Below, one piece after another: positions 25,097 through 40,269 of a stretch of 64,000 bases of DNA. Position 1 is the first letter of the stretch; the number at the start of each line of letters is the position of its first letter. The notes under the pieces were generated by a model that was not told where the DNA came from, ran no database searches, and saw only the letters and a list, made by a program, of their open reading frames with translations. The stretch is from the NCBI GenBank assembly GCA_012295275.1, contig CM022667.1:15562001-15626000 (forward strand), given 5' to 3'. The position numbers and the translations under genes were made by a program. This stretch comes from Chrysomallon squamiferum. Taxonomy: Eukaryota > Animalia > Mollusca.

Positions 25097-25709
25097 TTAT
25101 TTTATGGCTTTAGAAATCATGGAACTGCTTACATATAACCAACAATATAAACAACAAAAGTGAACACGTATTATTAATGAAAACATGTTGGGTTTTTTTT
25201 TGGTGGGGTGGGTTTTTTTTTTTTTTTTTTTGGTGTTTTTAACATAACCAAAGCAATACCACAAATTGCATCATTAATGAAGATGCATTCTTATCACGCT
25301 ATAATAGTGTTAATAAAAACTAAATAACATTTTCTAAATTTTATTTTTTAAACATTAGAGGAGAAAAGCTTGATTCCTTTTCCATGTTACTTCAATTCAA
25401 GTAAGAAAGAATCGCCAAAATTAAACAAAATATTATTGTTGTATTTGTTTGGTTTCTTTGTGTGTTTTTCCTTCTTTGTATTTTGTTCTAAACTCGATAT
25501 GATTGATGAAAGAATGTCATTTCATGTAACTATAACATGAATTTTCATGTAATATATTTGTTTTATGAATGAAAACAGAATAGAACCTCAACCCTTCTTT
25601 ACACTATTTCAGCTGATGTTACTGCAAACGTAAAGCCAAAACTTAACAAATAAAATACTACCATTAATCCCCAATGGTTAATCAAGACAGGTTTTCTTTC
25701 TTTCCTATT

Positions 25710-25746
<37 letters not shown>

Positions 25747-26059
25747 ATTATTAAGCCAAGAATCTACTACAATAGAGGAAAACATTTTTTTTATTTATTT
25801 CTCTCTCATGTTTTTAAAATTCCCATACTAACCATCATAAAACAAAATACAGTTATTCAACTGAGCCTATAATAATCATGAAGCCACGTTATTTCACTAG
25901 CCATGGCAATACTATTATCAACTGTTAAGACACATCGTTTCATGTAAAGATGGCAACACTAGTAATTTTTAGTAATAGTGCATCATTCCGTATCAGATAT
26001 CTGCCCATATGGGCACTATGATAAATACGAAACAGCTAATGACTGGTATGAGATCCATC

Positions 26060-26190
26060 ACTAGCGATGTTATCTCAGTCATTACTGGTTAGATAATCCC
26101 AGTTAAAAGATGTTAGCTTCTATGTTATTGGTTGGGTAATCCTAGTTAGCGATGTTAACTTCACGTTTATTGGTTGGGTAAGGGTCCCAG
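26060..26190. repeat. ~44-bp tandem repeat, about 3 copies
   Basis: Recurrent GATGTTA...TTATTGGTTGGGTAA. Confidence 0.75.
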
Positions 26191-28539
26191 TGCACAACTG
26201 TTAACAATAAAGAATCTTTATCTTTCTGTGATGGCTTCTGAAGATTTCTGATTAGATTTTGACTTCTGCAACTTTACATAACATGATGCAGAAGATTCGA
26301 GGAGTAAAGGGCTGCTACTCTAATTGTTAATACTCCTGAGAAAATATTCCGCTTTTTCTTCTAAAAACCCTTTGGTCTTTTGTCTGCGCTTATTTTCTTT
26401 CGTTTAATTGTTGTTTTCTCTTTTCTTTCTTTTTTAAACCTTTTTTCCCCCTTACCCCATCCCTCTTTTTTCCCCTGGCGTCTGTCTTTGTCTGTTGTTT
26501 CTTTTTTGTTTGTTTGTTTGTTTGTTTGTTTGTTTGTTTGTTTTTTCTTTAACACTATGTAACTACCTCGCCTTCAGATAGTTAAAGTAAAATTGACTTC
26601 GTCTTTTTATTTATTTTCTTCAACATTTTTTTTTTTCTCAAGTACTTCAGTCAGAAAGGTAAAGTATATCTGAAGTATTCTTCTTTGTTAAATCCTCCCT
26701 GTGTGTACAGATGTCAGGAAAGTTTATGGAAGAGGATTTAAATGAAATCAACAGTGTCATAGTGAGTAGTGAGAGTAAGTGTATGTTCAGATGTCGGTTA
26801 TAAAAACCAGGACAGATGAACGCAAAAACACAGACACATCTTTGCACAAAAGGAATACATACACACATTATACACAGACACACGTTCAAACACTCAGAGA
26901 TAGACGTACTGATGAACAAACAATTCTATTCAGTTTGATGGAAATTATTTTAAGTTGATGGATTATGCAATAGCAAGAATAATGCTGCAAGTTAATAACA
27001 GTGTGACTTGAACAAAGTAAAACAAAACGTGGAAAGAATGTTTGTTTATGACACTTCAAGTGCATTTCAGACATGGATTTTTAAACATATTATTACTGTT
27101 TTAAAAATGTTATATCTAAGAAAAAAGCTATTTGATACATTACAGTTTACTGCATATATATATATATATATGCTACCATTTCCCAAAAATAAAGAAAACA
27201 TAATTATACCATGACCTTCAACATTTTAGCAGTGTAAGAGCTTTGTCTGGAATGGGAAACACAACAGTGACAGTATTAAACAGGACTGATCCTGTGACTA
27301 ATCAAAAGAAAATGACATTATTGAGCAATATCCCCTCTCTCTCTGGGAAAAAACTGATTATTTCCATTTCAGCTTCTGACACTTAATGGCTGCTTTCAAA
27401 ACTGAAATCCCTGAATAAACAAATATCTTCAGTTTTTCCTATAAAGTTTCCTGTTGGGAGTATCAGGTGAAAGTTGCACTTTGTCACCTTGGTAACCTTT
27501 GACCCCAAGATTGTTGTCTGAGTGGAGGATCTCAGGTTATTTCATGTATTTGTGAAATGTCAGTCGACTGTCAAACAAGGTATGTGTGTGGTTTGGTCAA
27601 GTTTTCCCATTCATGAAAATTCACCTGTTTTTCTCGTCACAGGTGCTAAGATCGTTCTACGTAGAATGTGGAGGTCAGGTTTTTTCTAGGTCAAAATTGT
27701 TTCTTGTTTATATGTAAATAAATTCTAATATATGTATAGATATGGATGTATGTGTGTGAATTAATTAAATTAATTGTTTTATTTATTTATTTGTTTATAT
27801 AGATGTTTATTTATTAATTTTTATATATTTTTATTTAATACACCAGCTTTGATATATATATCAGTTATATTACTTTTGTGTTTGTGTGCATGCATATGCG
27901 TACGTACGAGTTCGTATGTGCGTGCATGTCTGTGTTTATTTTCTGCAATGTTATTAAATATTAAGCCAATACACACCGTCAGCAAGATACAGTAATTTTT
28001 TAAAAACGTATTAAAATTTCATCACCACTCATTTTTATCAAAATATTGCTACCACAATTCACTTTGAAACTGACCACATGTTCTCCCAAGGGCCGGGTTG
28101 ACCACTGGTCACCCTCCCAAGTTAGCAGTGTGAGCGTGGGTCAGTGTAATTGCCTCAGACAGGGTAACCGTTCTGAGATAACACCAGTTAATTAGACGGT
28201 GCTGTTTGTTTCATAATCAGGAGTCGAGTAGTAAACAAGGCCATTGAACACCCACTGTTTATGTTTGTTTGACATGTGCACCTTTTCACAGTTATTGCTT
28301 GGCAGGTTACTGTTGCAATCTGGAACTCTGGGTACAGGGGGAAGAGTTGTGGGCTTCCCATTCCCCTGTCCACCCCTATCTTTCTCTTTGTTGCATAATG
28401 TCACCACCAGTCATCATCCTCCTTGTGAATTAATTACCAGTGTATCACTTTCACTCACTCGCTCTCTCTGTTTCTGTATCATTATCAGCTAACACCCTCA
28501 CTGGATCTCATTATGTTTTTATTACATTTCTTTTTCTCC

Positions 28540-28659
<120 letters not shown>

Positions 28660-29299
28660 CTCTATCAAATCTCCCTTCTTCACCCTGTCTTCCTTTCACT
28701 CTAATCGCTCACCTTTCTCTAATAACCATAATTTTTTTTTTCAATTACTTCACTTTCATCTTCAAAGCAAAAAGACGAGGTTATTTTTTAACCTTCTCAC
28801 ATCTTTATTTCTATTATTTTTGACAAAGACTAATGTAGCATCACAGGGCTGACCAACACTTTCATTACCGCTGATTTATGATAGCAATAAATAATGTTTA
28901 AATAAAAATCTACTGTTACAGAGAAGGCAGACATTATAGAATAGTAGACAGCTTCCTCTGTCTCGAGAAGACAAATTACTAATCAACAGAAATTTATTAT
29001 TTGTTTAAAAAAAAGAAGAAAAAAGAAAAAAAACGAATGAAAGAAAAATGTTTTTCTTTCTCACCAAAACATAATTTTAAATAACAAAAAAATACTACTA
29101 CTACTACTAATAATAATAATAACAATAATAATAATAAATGTTTAAGAAGAAAATCTGTTTTCTCTCTTTTTTCTTCCATATTTATATTGCAGAATTTATA
29201 TTTATATCAAAACATGAATTTGTATTATTATGGACTGACATAGATGCAATCACAAAAGATATAAACCTATATGCATGCATGCATATATATATATACACA

Positions 29300-29332
<33 letters not shown>

Positions 29333-29837
29333 TACACACACACACAAACACACACATATACATAACGTGCATTCATTATACATGCAGGTATGTTTGTATA
29401 ATCTTTAATATTTGTAGATATGTGTATATAATAATTATGTAAAGGCAGCTACGAGCATATAGCAAGCATACTTACACACACACATAAATAAATACATCCA
29501 TACAAACATACATACATACATACATACATGCATGAATGCATATATAAATAAAAACATTCACTGATATTCACACATACATACATACATACATACAAACATA
29601 CATGTGTGTGTGTGTTTCACTAGTCCTGTGTATATACAGCATTTATGTGACTATATTTGCCCAAGACAGTGATAAAGATTCACCGTCTCTATTTTAGCGT
29701 GTATCTAATTTATTCGTGTATACTGACATAATTCACAAACGTTTATCTAAAACAGTACAAGAATATAACAACAAAGACATCTTGTTTCGATAGAAAATTA
29801 TAAAGTGTAAAACTCCGTTTGATTTAATACTCAAAAA

Positions 29838-29844
<7 letters not shown>

Positions 29845-29918
<74 letters not shown>
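29845..29918. repeat. (CT)n microsatellite
   Basis: Directly visible. Confidence 0.97.
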
Positions 29919-29922
<4 letters not shown>

Positions 29923-30704
29923 TTTAAATTTGTCATCAACTTTTACGATAATAAATATGAGATTTTAATAAAGACATCCTTCTAACCTAAAAAATACATA
30001 AGTCAAATCGTCTTGGTGAAAAATGTCAATGTCTAAATATTTCTTTATCTCACACCACCCCACCCACTCTTCTAATCTGATACTGTTATATCGGTCCACT
30101 GTTCCCCAGTAGCCCCAACTTGTTAGGTCAAGTGACCCTGACCCGCGACCTTCTCATTAAGGGGAGATAACCAAGAGAGCACATGTAGTGCTTCAACTAT
30201 CTGTGACTGGCATTATAGCCTCGCTGCTGACAGACAGCCTGCAGCCACCTGTCAGACGGTAGCTAATTTTAGCAACAACTTCTCCGATTGGCTGATTTCG
30301 GAACAGAACTTGTCATCGATTCGCTAAATCCGTTCAGGCCTAACAGTAAATGGGTTGTGGTTGGAGGATACTGGCTATGACAGCAAATATCTAATTTACT
30401 AAAGATAGCGTTAATCAGTTGATGTTCTTGTAAAACCATCGACAGCCGCTGATTGTTTAAAATGACCACAGACAACAGAATGCAGATACACCTTGACACT
30501 GACATCAGATTAAGAATATATTAAGCAAGCGTATGGTGTAAATTAGGACATATTGTTTCAATGGTCCAGAGAAGTCGTTACGACGGCGTCGTCTGCAGTT
30601 GTCAGTGTTGTCTTGTCTGTCAGTCTTGTTATGTGATTATCTGTAAGTGACCCATATCTAACAAGTCTCACGCCATCTCTGGACATTGTAAATATTGTAC
30701 ACTG

Positions 30705-30706
<2 letters not shown>

Positions 30707-30786
<80 letters not shown>
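30707..30786. repeat. (CT)n microsatellite
   Basis: Directly visible. Confidence 0.97.
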
Positions 30787-30788
<2 letters not shown>

Positions 30789-32515
30789 GGTGATACGCGC
30801 CGATTCGAGCATAAATAAAATAAATAAGCCTATAATTAAATAGTTTTGGAAAGCTTTATCATCATCGTCATTGATGTTTTACAGGGTATCGTTACATAAG
30901 TCCATTTATTTATCTGTTATATTTACCCAATTAAATGGAATGCCTAAACAAAGCTTTTCACGTATCGTATTATTTGTTATCTTTCTTAGACAAATGTATT
31001 TGTTTTGTTTCAAATAAGGATAGCTTATGCCAAAGAATGTGACACATTAAAATTTATCTCTTTTATATAAATAAAAAAAACAAACAAAAAAAACAAACAA
31101 TAAAATTAAGGAGAAAAGAAGAAGAAGAAGAAGAAGTTGCAGCTGTAATTATTGTCTGAAGGATTGAATTATTCCTTTTAACTCAAGGCATACGATAAAT
31201 CTCAGATTTCCATTTTAAACTGAAAGAAAAAAAAATAATAACAATAAAAAGGAAGTTACATAATACATCTGAAATATTATATTGACATCATCATAGCAAT
31301 GTCTTTATATAAAACGTTACTTAATATGGCTAGATGACCCATCAATGGGGCCAGGATGACCCCCGACCTTCTCTGACCGCTCCGCCAAAAGCCAATATCA
31401 CATTATACAAGGAAACATTGTTCAACGGGATCCCATGACCCACATTTGTACCCCTTAAGTCACTGACCACCGAATTTTCCCCTCGTTCTGTGGATCTCCA
31501 TGGAATTTCATTATTACCGTCCTTTCCCTGAATGGGCCGTTAAGACGAGACCATCCCTTTGAATCAGCCATTGTCCGGCTCATTTATTTCATTGACGGAG
31601 GAGCACATTAACAGTGTTTCTCATTTCCATTAACAAAACACTAAATGGTTTTAATTTAATGTTTAGAATTTTACTCCGAAGCTCAAGATGGTTTTATATT
31701 ATCACCCGTCTTGTGAGGCTTTTTTTTTTTTCTTTTTGCTAGGTGACGTCAGACATATTTGTCAGTCGGTCTTTCTGTCGCACATACACGCACACACACA
31801 CATACACAAATGTACACACACGCAAACAAACGAACACATGTGAGCGCGCGTCTGTGTAAAACACAACATTCTGTTATTCGGTATTCTGTTTATTCATTTT
31901 ATTTTTATTTTCATACAAATATATTGTTCTAGCTACACAGAATGTATTGTTGAACGTAATATTTTTCAGAAACGGCAGGTATTGCTTACAATGTACTATA
32001 ACCCCTTCTATTTCGCAATACAGACACATATATTATATTCCACACGACTGATCGTCTGTTTGCTGAACACAGTGCATCCTGTTACATTAAAGTACCGCCA
32101 TACTACCGCTGAATTGGTATAATCCATCTCCAAATTGCACCCATCAAAGCTGTAAGACCCCCCTGCCATCCACTGACCATTAGTCCTGGCGTTTCCTTTA
32201 TGAGTATGACATCCTTTTGCCATATATTGTCTCTTTACGTTCAGTTCTCGGGAGCTCTACAAAACGGTGAGGAATGTCAGTAAGTCCAGACAAGAACCGA
32301 CTGTTTTAATTGGCGGGTTGAAGTAACTGCTGCAGACAGGACGCTGACGGACGTGGCACCAAATGAACTTAAAACTGTCGTTAGGTTCGTTGTACGACAC
32401 AGAGCAAGCCAATTCAGTGCACGATGGACAGAAAGCATGGGCAGAAGATATGAAATACCATAATAAAATGTCATAAAGATTAGCTATATTCATTGATGTT
32501 TACCTCTGTGGAGAT

Positions 32516-32518
<3 letters not shown>

Positions 32519-32597
<79 letters not shown>
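32519..32597. repeat. (GA)n microsatellite
   Basis: Directly visible. Confidence 0.97.
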
Positions 32598-32605
<8 letters not shown>

Positions 32606-32775
32606 GTCTGTTGTTTGTAAATTGACTGCATTTTTAAAAAACAGGCAAGCATCTTTAAATAATCTTTAATTGACAAATAAATTTTTATTATTTTATTATG
32701 GCATAAATCTATATTTTATCCGCAAATCACTTTTACCTGCTCGCATATAAGGCTTTTTTATGTTCGTCTTCCGTA

Positions 32776-32807
<32 letters not shown>

Positions 32808-34493
32808 AAAAGCTTTTGATAAAACAGATATGGGCAGTGGCAAGATCGGGATACTACTTCAAAGTCACAGTAAGAAGAATTGATATTGTAACCTGTCATG
32901 CGTCCACTCTTTGTGCAACCATTAACAAACTGACTTTATGCTGCAGTATCTAATTGCTGACAGAAGGTTGTTAAAACAATATTTGACTATCAGTTTTGGG
33001 TGTTTTAATCTCGAATTCCACCTGTTAGTTCATTTCTCACCTCCATCAGTTAAGAGTTCCGATTGAATTGGTCATTTATCTATCTTAATTCCCAGATGTC
33101 TTGTAGTCGTAACTTTCCAATTCCCAGAATTTCCTACTAATGAATCAACTTATGGTCTGTGAAATTGAACTACCGTCATCAAAGCACTACAAAGTGCATT
33201 AATCTACCATAAAGCAATCAATCTCGAGGGATTAACATTCTGAGAGTCTGCAAGAAGTAAATTTAGGATATTCTTAATTCCTGTGCCAAATCCAACACAT
33301 TGCTGGAAAATAACATACATGTATTAATTTTTATTACCGTCTCTAAGTAACGATGACGTCATTCCTTCAGCAGGTACTTATGTCGTCATTGCACGTTTTT
33401 ATTTATTTATTTGTTTATTTTCTTCTTTTTTTTTTTTTTTTTGGTTTTTCAGTTGTTGTTTTTTAAATATCCACATATTCATTGCGCCAAGTGATACATT
33501 TTTACTATTTATTAATCTTTATTTGTTTTAACTTTTACCCAACCTTTCCCTGCCCCAGACGTCTAAATTAACAATTGGATAACTATAGACTGGTTATGAG
33601 ACCCGACAAGTTAAAGGGCACAGATAGTTCCGGTACCAGTCGTCTGAAATGTGGTAGATAGGAAGAAAACGTTACAATGTTTCCTGTGATGGCATTTATC
33701 CAGTGTTAATTGCAGAAGCGGTCAAGAATCTCTATGTTTAGTGGCCCGTGGTCTGATACAATAATCTCGCAAATTGTTGACTTTGACAGAAATGGGAGTC
33801 GTCGAACCGCCAAAGCAGTGGGAGGGGGTCAGGCTCGGATGAAATCCAGGAGGAAGTGGGGAATATTAGGGCAAGCAGTTTGATTAGTGGAATATTCACT
33901 GGAGACGGTTTTGTTGTTGTTTTTTTCTGTTTCACTAATCAAAATGTGATGATAAAGGTGAAGCAAGTTCGAACGAAACAGTTGAAATTATTCTTGAAAT
34001 ATTTATGGGTTTTCATGAAAAATAAAGAAATAATACTGAATCTTGAAATGTACTTGTTTATTTTATTTTATATTTTTTCTAAATTATCCTTTAAAAGTTA
34101 AAAAAAAAAAAAAAAAAATCATAATAAATAAAGAAAAAACAAACAAAAGAGGTCAATAAAAAAAAAAATGAAATCTTTAAAATATTCACAAAAATAAAAC
34201 AACAAAATAAGGATCAGTAGAGATGTTTAAATTCACTAAAGATTACATACCCAAGTATATTTTTTCTCCTATATTATTATTATTATTTAAAACAATTTCA
34301 TTTTACAAAGGTTTCTTTTACCTTTTCGTCTAATTCTGTATCAGAACTATTTTTACTTAAAGTAAATTTACAAGTTTTGTCACTTCTTTTGGCATAATCA
34401 TATATCTGCTTTCATTTCCTTGTTGACTCATCACATTTAATTACATTAGTCAGCAATTTAATGAAATATAAATAAATAAAAAGAATGGAAGCT

Positions 34494-34527
<34 letters not shown>

Positions 34528-37500
34528 CACTTCATCAACATACTCATTAATATTAGTTTTCAGACATAATTTTTATGAAATGATATTTAACAAAGTCCAC
34601 ACTACAGTTACTACATTGAAGATAACTTTCTGTTTTCATTTTTTTGTCAGTTTGTTCAGACAACAAAGCCTATAACTGTAGTCTTCAAGAAACCAGTTAG
34701 AGCAGTGAGAATACACTGCAGGGGCTGCTAAGTATGGATACATCATCATATATCAGGCAGTAGCTAACTATAGACCCATAGCCCTTTTCCACACACACAC
34801 AAACACACATCCATATCGGCATGCTATATCTTATTATATACTATATCATTAGTTACTTATTATTTAATATATCAAATAGATATCATGTCAATAATGATTA
34901 ATAAAATAAATAATTAAAGAAATTCCAATCCTTACACCTTCATTTTCCAAAGCCTTTTTAACAACCCAAATTAACTATAACCATTTCTAACCCAGTTATA
35001 ACAACAAATATTCTTTACAAATGATACGATATAGCTACTTATTATTTAACATATAAAATAAATGTCCTGTGAATAACATCATAATTAATGAACAACTAAT
35101 TAAAGAAATGCCAACTGACACGCCTTCTTTTCTTTCCCAAAACTTTCTCAACAACCCAAATGGACTATGACCATTTCTAACCAATAATAATAACAATGAG
35201 AAATATTTTGTACAAATAATGCATTTCTTTTTCAAACTACAATCAACACATTTCCTTTGATCTTTGAGCTGGCAGTAATAAACTGTTTATGCCAACCAAC
35301 TAAAATGAATGGCCTTTTTTATTTTTTCATCAACCCACCCAGACTCCTGTCCCCCCACCATATGATTTCTCCCTGCACAACATGTCCTGTGAACCAAACA
35401 TCCTCTTGTTGACACTGAGGTTAAAGGTGAAAGGTCATGGGTACCTGTTAAACCAATTATAGCCAAGTCTAGATGAAGGATTTATAGGGATCAACACATC
35501 AGATGTTTTGAGATTTTTTCTCAAATACTTAAATAACCACAAGTTGACATTGTACAAGCAGTTGACAGAACTAAGATTATGTATACTTTAGCAAGGATTA
35601 ATTCACAGGGCTTATCTCTATAGTAGGGATTATCCTGGAAGTATGAGCAACCTTATGCATTAATATAAAATGATTCATAAAAAAAAAAAAATATAGTTGT
35701 GTCACTGTTTATATATATATATATACACACACACACAAATTTGTAGTTCTATACATACATGTGTGTGTTTAATGGGTTATTACAGACATAAACTGAAGCA
35801 CTAACAATTATGCTGTTGTATTAAAAAATATATATAACAATAAAAATGTAATCCTACAGGACAGATGATTATTAATAATTAAAATTATGAAATGAATTTT
35901 GTAACATTCCTTCCAAATTCTATACTACATTAGCAAAAAACCTTGTCACATCTTTTTGTTACTACATTCCATGACACCGGAACACATACATGTTTCCCTG
36001 TCTTAACGCTTTGAATATATAAATAATTTAACATAGTACGTTTAAGGAATAGCAGTCAAAACACATTAAAAACTGAAATCAGTTTAATTAAAATTAAACT
36101 GGGTTGGTCTTTGGGAGGTCACCAGTTTGATAAAGCATGAATTCATATTAAAATGTTTTATTATTTTTATTTTTTTCAATTTTATTTTCATGTCGTCTAG
36201 TGAACAAAACATTAGAGAAAAACAAATTTAAAATAAATGTTTTAATGGTGTCTGTGCCCGAGAGGAACAATGAACAACATTTGTATCTCCAACTCTGTTC
36301 TCACAAAAGGATGGGAAAATATTTACTTTGCTCAGACAATTTTTCTTGTTCGTATATATTTTTTTTTTTTTTTGTTATTTCTTTTTTAGCACGACAGATA
36401 GTATTCAAATATCAGGATTATGCTTATCTGTTGTAAACAAAAACAGTATTACCTTGATCTTTGATAAAAGATTTAACAAACAGTTTGTTATGTTAGTAAA
36501 GGATGAAGGTGTAAAGTTTCTTCATTTTTTTTCTTCTTGGTTATCTGTATAGATATTAGAAAAAGATATGGCTATCACAAAATCAGACCTGAAGGCATTG
36601 TTCCTTGATTTAATATGTTATTAATTTCATGACAAAAAAAAAAAAAAAAAAAAGAAAGGTAACATACAATATTAAGTAAGCCTTCTCTTTATTTCCCCAT
36701 AAATAAATTATTATTATTATTATTATTATTAAGTAATTACATTGAAACACATATCTGGTCATTTATTTTCTCTGTTGTGTTTTATACTTTATTTGTCTTT
36801 TTTTTTAAATTAGTCCAAGTCGCAAAGTTGTCAGAATTACACTCGAGTTTCAATCGGTCTGAATAATTTTAAAATAGGAATGTTACATATTTCACAACAC
36901 ATTTCATTAATGTACTACATTATAATCTAGGGACATATGACAATATAATAAATAACTATTTTAATTTCCTTTCAATGCTGTTGTTATTAAGAGTGGGTCA
37001 GTATGTCATTGTAAAATGCTATTTTCAAGTATAAAAATCAAGATATTACCTTTTCTAGTCAAAGACCCTTGTTAACAGAATGGTGTTTATTAAATATTCA
37101 TAAATGCTAATTTATAACAATAACCACAGTGCCATTAGTGAAGAAAAAAAAATGTCACAAGAATCTCCACAATAAATATGTGTGTATATATATATATATA
37201 TAAATATAAACATATATGGTGACACATGCCTAACAGATTATACTGATGTCTGATTAAGCAAATATTAACTAGAATGTATATTTATTGTTATTTATAAACA
37301 GCAGTATGCTTTTTTTTTTTTTTTCTTTTTTTTCTTTATATAAATTATACCACAGGTGTATTTTTAAACAGCAAAATAGTTTGCCATCAGATTGTACAGA
37401 AATTAAATCTAGTTATGCAGATTGGTTAATCTCTTGTCATGGTTGAATAATGACTCATCTATTTGGACAAAGTTACATCACATCCACTCAGGGCTGTGGG

Positions 37501-39021
37501 TATCTGACCTGAAAGCCCCATTACATCTCAATTAGCTTTGTCTTTCTTTTCAAGCAACTACTGATCAAAGAGTGTGGTGCTTCGTGGGGAGGGGTGGAAT
37601 TACCAACAGAAGATTCAATAGAGGGAATGAGACAGAAGAATTCATCAAGGGAAAAATTAAAAATAAATGAGTTTTCTTCTTATCCATTTTGTCTGTTGTA
37701 TGTGCAGCTGTGTGTGTGCGTGTGTAACTATGTCAGTGCATGTCTGAGCTGCAAGTATATACTTCGTGTGTGTGTGTTTGTCTATTTTTTTTAATTATTA
37801 GTGTCCTTACATAATTTTATCTGTACCTTCTTGGTTGTATTTATTAGGATAATAAAGTACAAGTATAAATTTGTATGAAAATTGTATTTCTGTTTGTTTT
37901 TATTATTATTATTATTATTTATTTCTTATTTTTAGTCTTCTTCTTTGTGGGTGGGAACTGGGGAGAAGGCAGTGACAATGAAATCAACACCACACACATG
38001 AACAGACACACAAAGACATCCAATGAATAAATGACTGTTTTGATGTTCCACGTTTTTGTAACGCCACAATAATAATAATATAGATACAAAGAAGAAACGT
38101 TAGTTATTTAATAAATTATATCATTGATATTACTGTTGATTTTGATTTTTGGTTTGGGTTGAATAAGCATGCATTTTAATATGTCCAGCGTAATGGTAAA
38201 GGTTTCTAAATTATAAAACCGTACCAGATGTATAATAGTATAAGTGTAACATATTTAACTACAATATATAATGACGATGTTCAATGCAAATAGTTGAAAT
38301 ACCATATCATATGTATTGAACTAATAAATAATAAAGGAGAAGAAACAGAAAAACTAAAAAGAAACGTTGAATCAATCAAATCATGACAGCCTTATCTTCC
38401 AGATCTGCACGGGAAAAGAAAAGTTTTAAAAATATAGCTAAATACAGAATTCAGTATCTGTATGTCACAGACGCACGAACACGCCAGCTATACCTTGAAA
38501 TGTCCATAACTTGCAGTAACTTCCTATAATAGAACTCTTTTATCTCCGAAAATCAGTCGAGGTGTGAAAGTTACAGTGTAGTAGCCTGACTGGAACAAAG
38601 ACTAGGACAGGATGCTGTTATACAAACAAGGATCTAAAGCTCAGCGTTCTTTTTATTCTTTACATCACTCCAGCCTGCACATAGCCTTAGGCCTGCTGTA
38701 ACACATTTGCATAATTACCGACTGAGACGGCAGAGAAAACAGTAATTATGTCATTAATAACTGAAGAGAAATAATAGATCTTTGTCGCAAAGTGTTGCAT
38801 CACTGCACGAGATAAGAATTTCGACAAAACACCAAAAAGATTTTGTTCTTTATTAAAGCTGGGACATTCGTTATCTATTTAATCCTTGAATGAAGTCTAC
38901 GGGTTTCAAGAGAACGGCGAAGGAGGAATAAATTTTGTTCAGAAATGTCAGAGAATACGTTAATTGTTGTGACGAATGAAGTAATGAAACGTAAAAATTG
39001 CGTAAATGTATGTATGTCTCT

Positions 39022-39023
<2 letters not shown>

Positions 39024-39111
<88 letters not shown>

Positions 39112-39122
39112 GTGTGTGTGTG
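39024..39122. repeat. (GA)n followed by (TG)n
   Basis: Directly visible. Confidence 0.97.
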
Positions 39123-40237
39123 GGGGTACATTTGTTTCATGTAAAATCATTTTCACTAGTCATGGATATCATTCTTACTGCCCATATCATTATAAATGTG
39201 TTGTGCATATAAATGTTTTGTTTAAGAATTAGTGACTTTTTTTTTAATCTTTTAAATTTCTCTGATAAACAAAATCAGCAACAAGTCTTTTATATGCTAG
39301 TTCTCTGAGTGAAGAATATACCATTGTTCAACAATAAAAAAAATTGTTGAAGAAAGGCTTTTTGAGAAAGTAAATGCTGGCACTTTGCACATGCTCAAAC
39401 ACTGTAACTTTTCACATCTCACATCTAAGAAACTCTCCTTCAAATGTACTCATTTCCCAAAACAATGCATATTTATAAACAAATGCTTAACCTGTCAGTA
39501 CATTTACATATTTATCATAATCACCTAGTGTATTCTAATATAATGACATTGGAAAAACCTGGTTACTACTGCACTGGTTAGCTGTAATGTTGTTATCTAC
39601 ACGTTCTCACTGCCTGAAAAAAAAATGTACACCATGAACTGTGGTAACTAAGTCATGAGGCACTGGATGGAATAGGAAATGGACTGATGAATGCTACAAG
39701 AGTATGGTAACAATAATCAAATTTTTTAATAATAGTACTAATAACAATTATACACATACAGCCATGTATATAATAATTTAAAAAAGAATAATGCAGTGAA
39801 AAGTCTAATAAATAACAACTAGAAATATAATTTCATTTGTTTATTGCATATAAAACTAAAAATATATTACATACTTATAACATTTCGGTATTTCATAAAA
39901 GGCAGTGACAATGAGGCAGTAACAGTAACATTCTATTCACACATGAAATTTATGCATCTCTGTTTGTACAAATAAAAAGTAAACTTGGTCTCTTAAACTG
40001 AATAAAATTTGTTTGAATAATGGTCATGAAATATTAACATAATGATACTGACAGTAAAGAAAGTTTAAGTAGCACTGAATGTTATTTTGTTATTTATTTT
40101 TTGTAAAAAGCTGATGCAATAAAATATGTGACACATTTGCTTCAATTTTATTTTATTATTATTTATTTAACACACAGATATATAAAATAAAAATGAAGCC
40201 AATAATGATTAGAGAATGAAGCAATACAACTTAATGG

Positions 40238-40269
<32 letters not shown>

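Noticed and set aside
32008-32493. Three short - strand ORFs in a CpG-rich island
   Set aside because: No recognisable homology or consistent splice structure.
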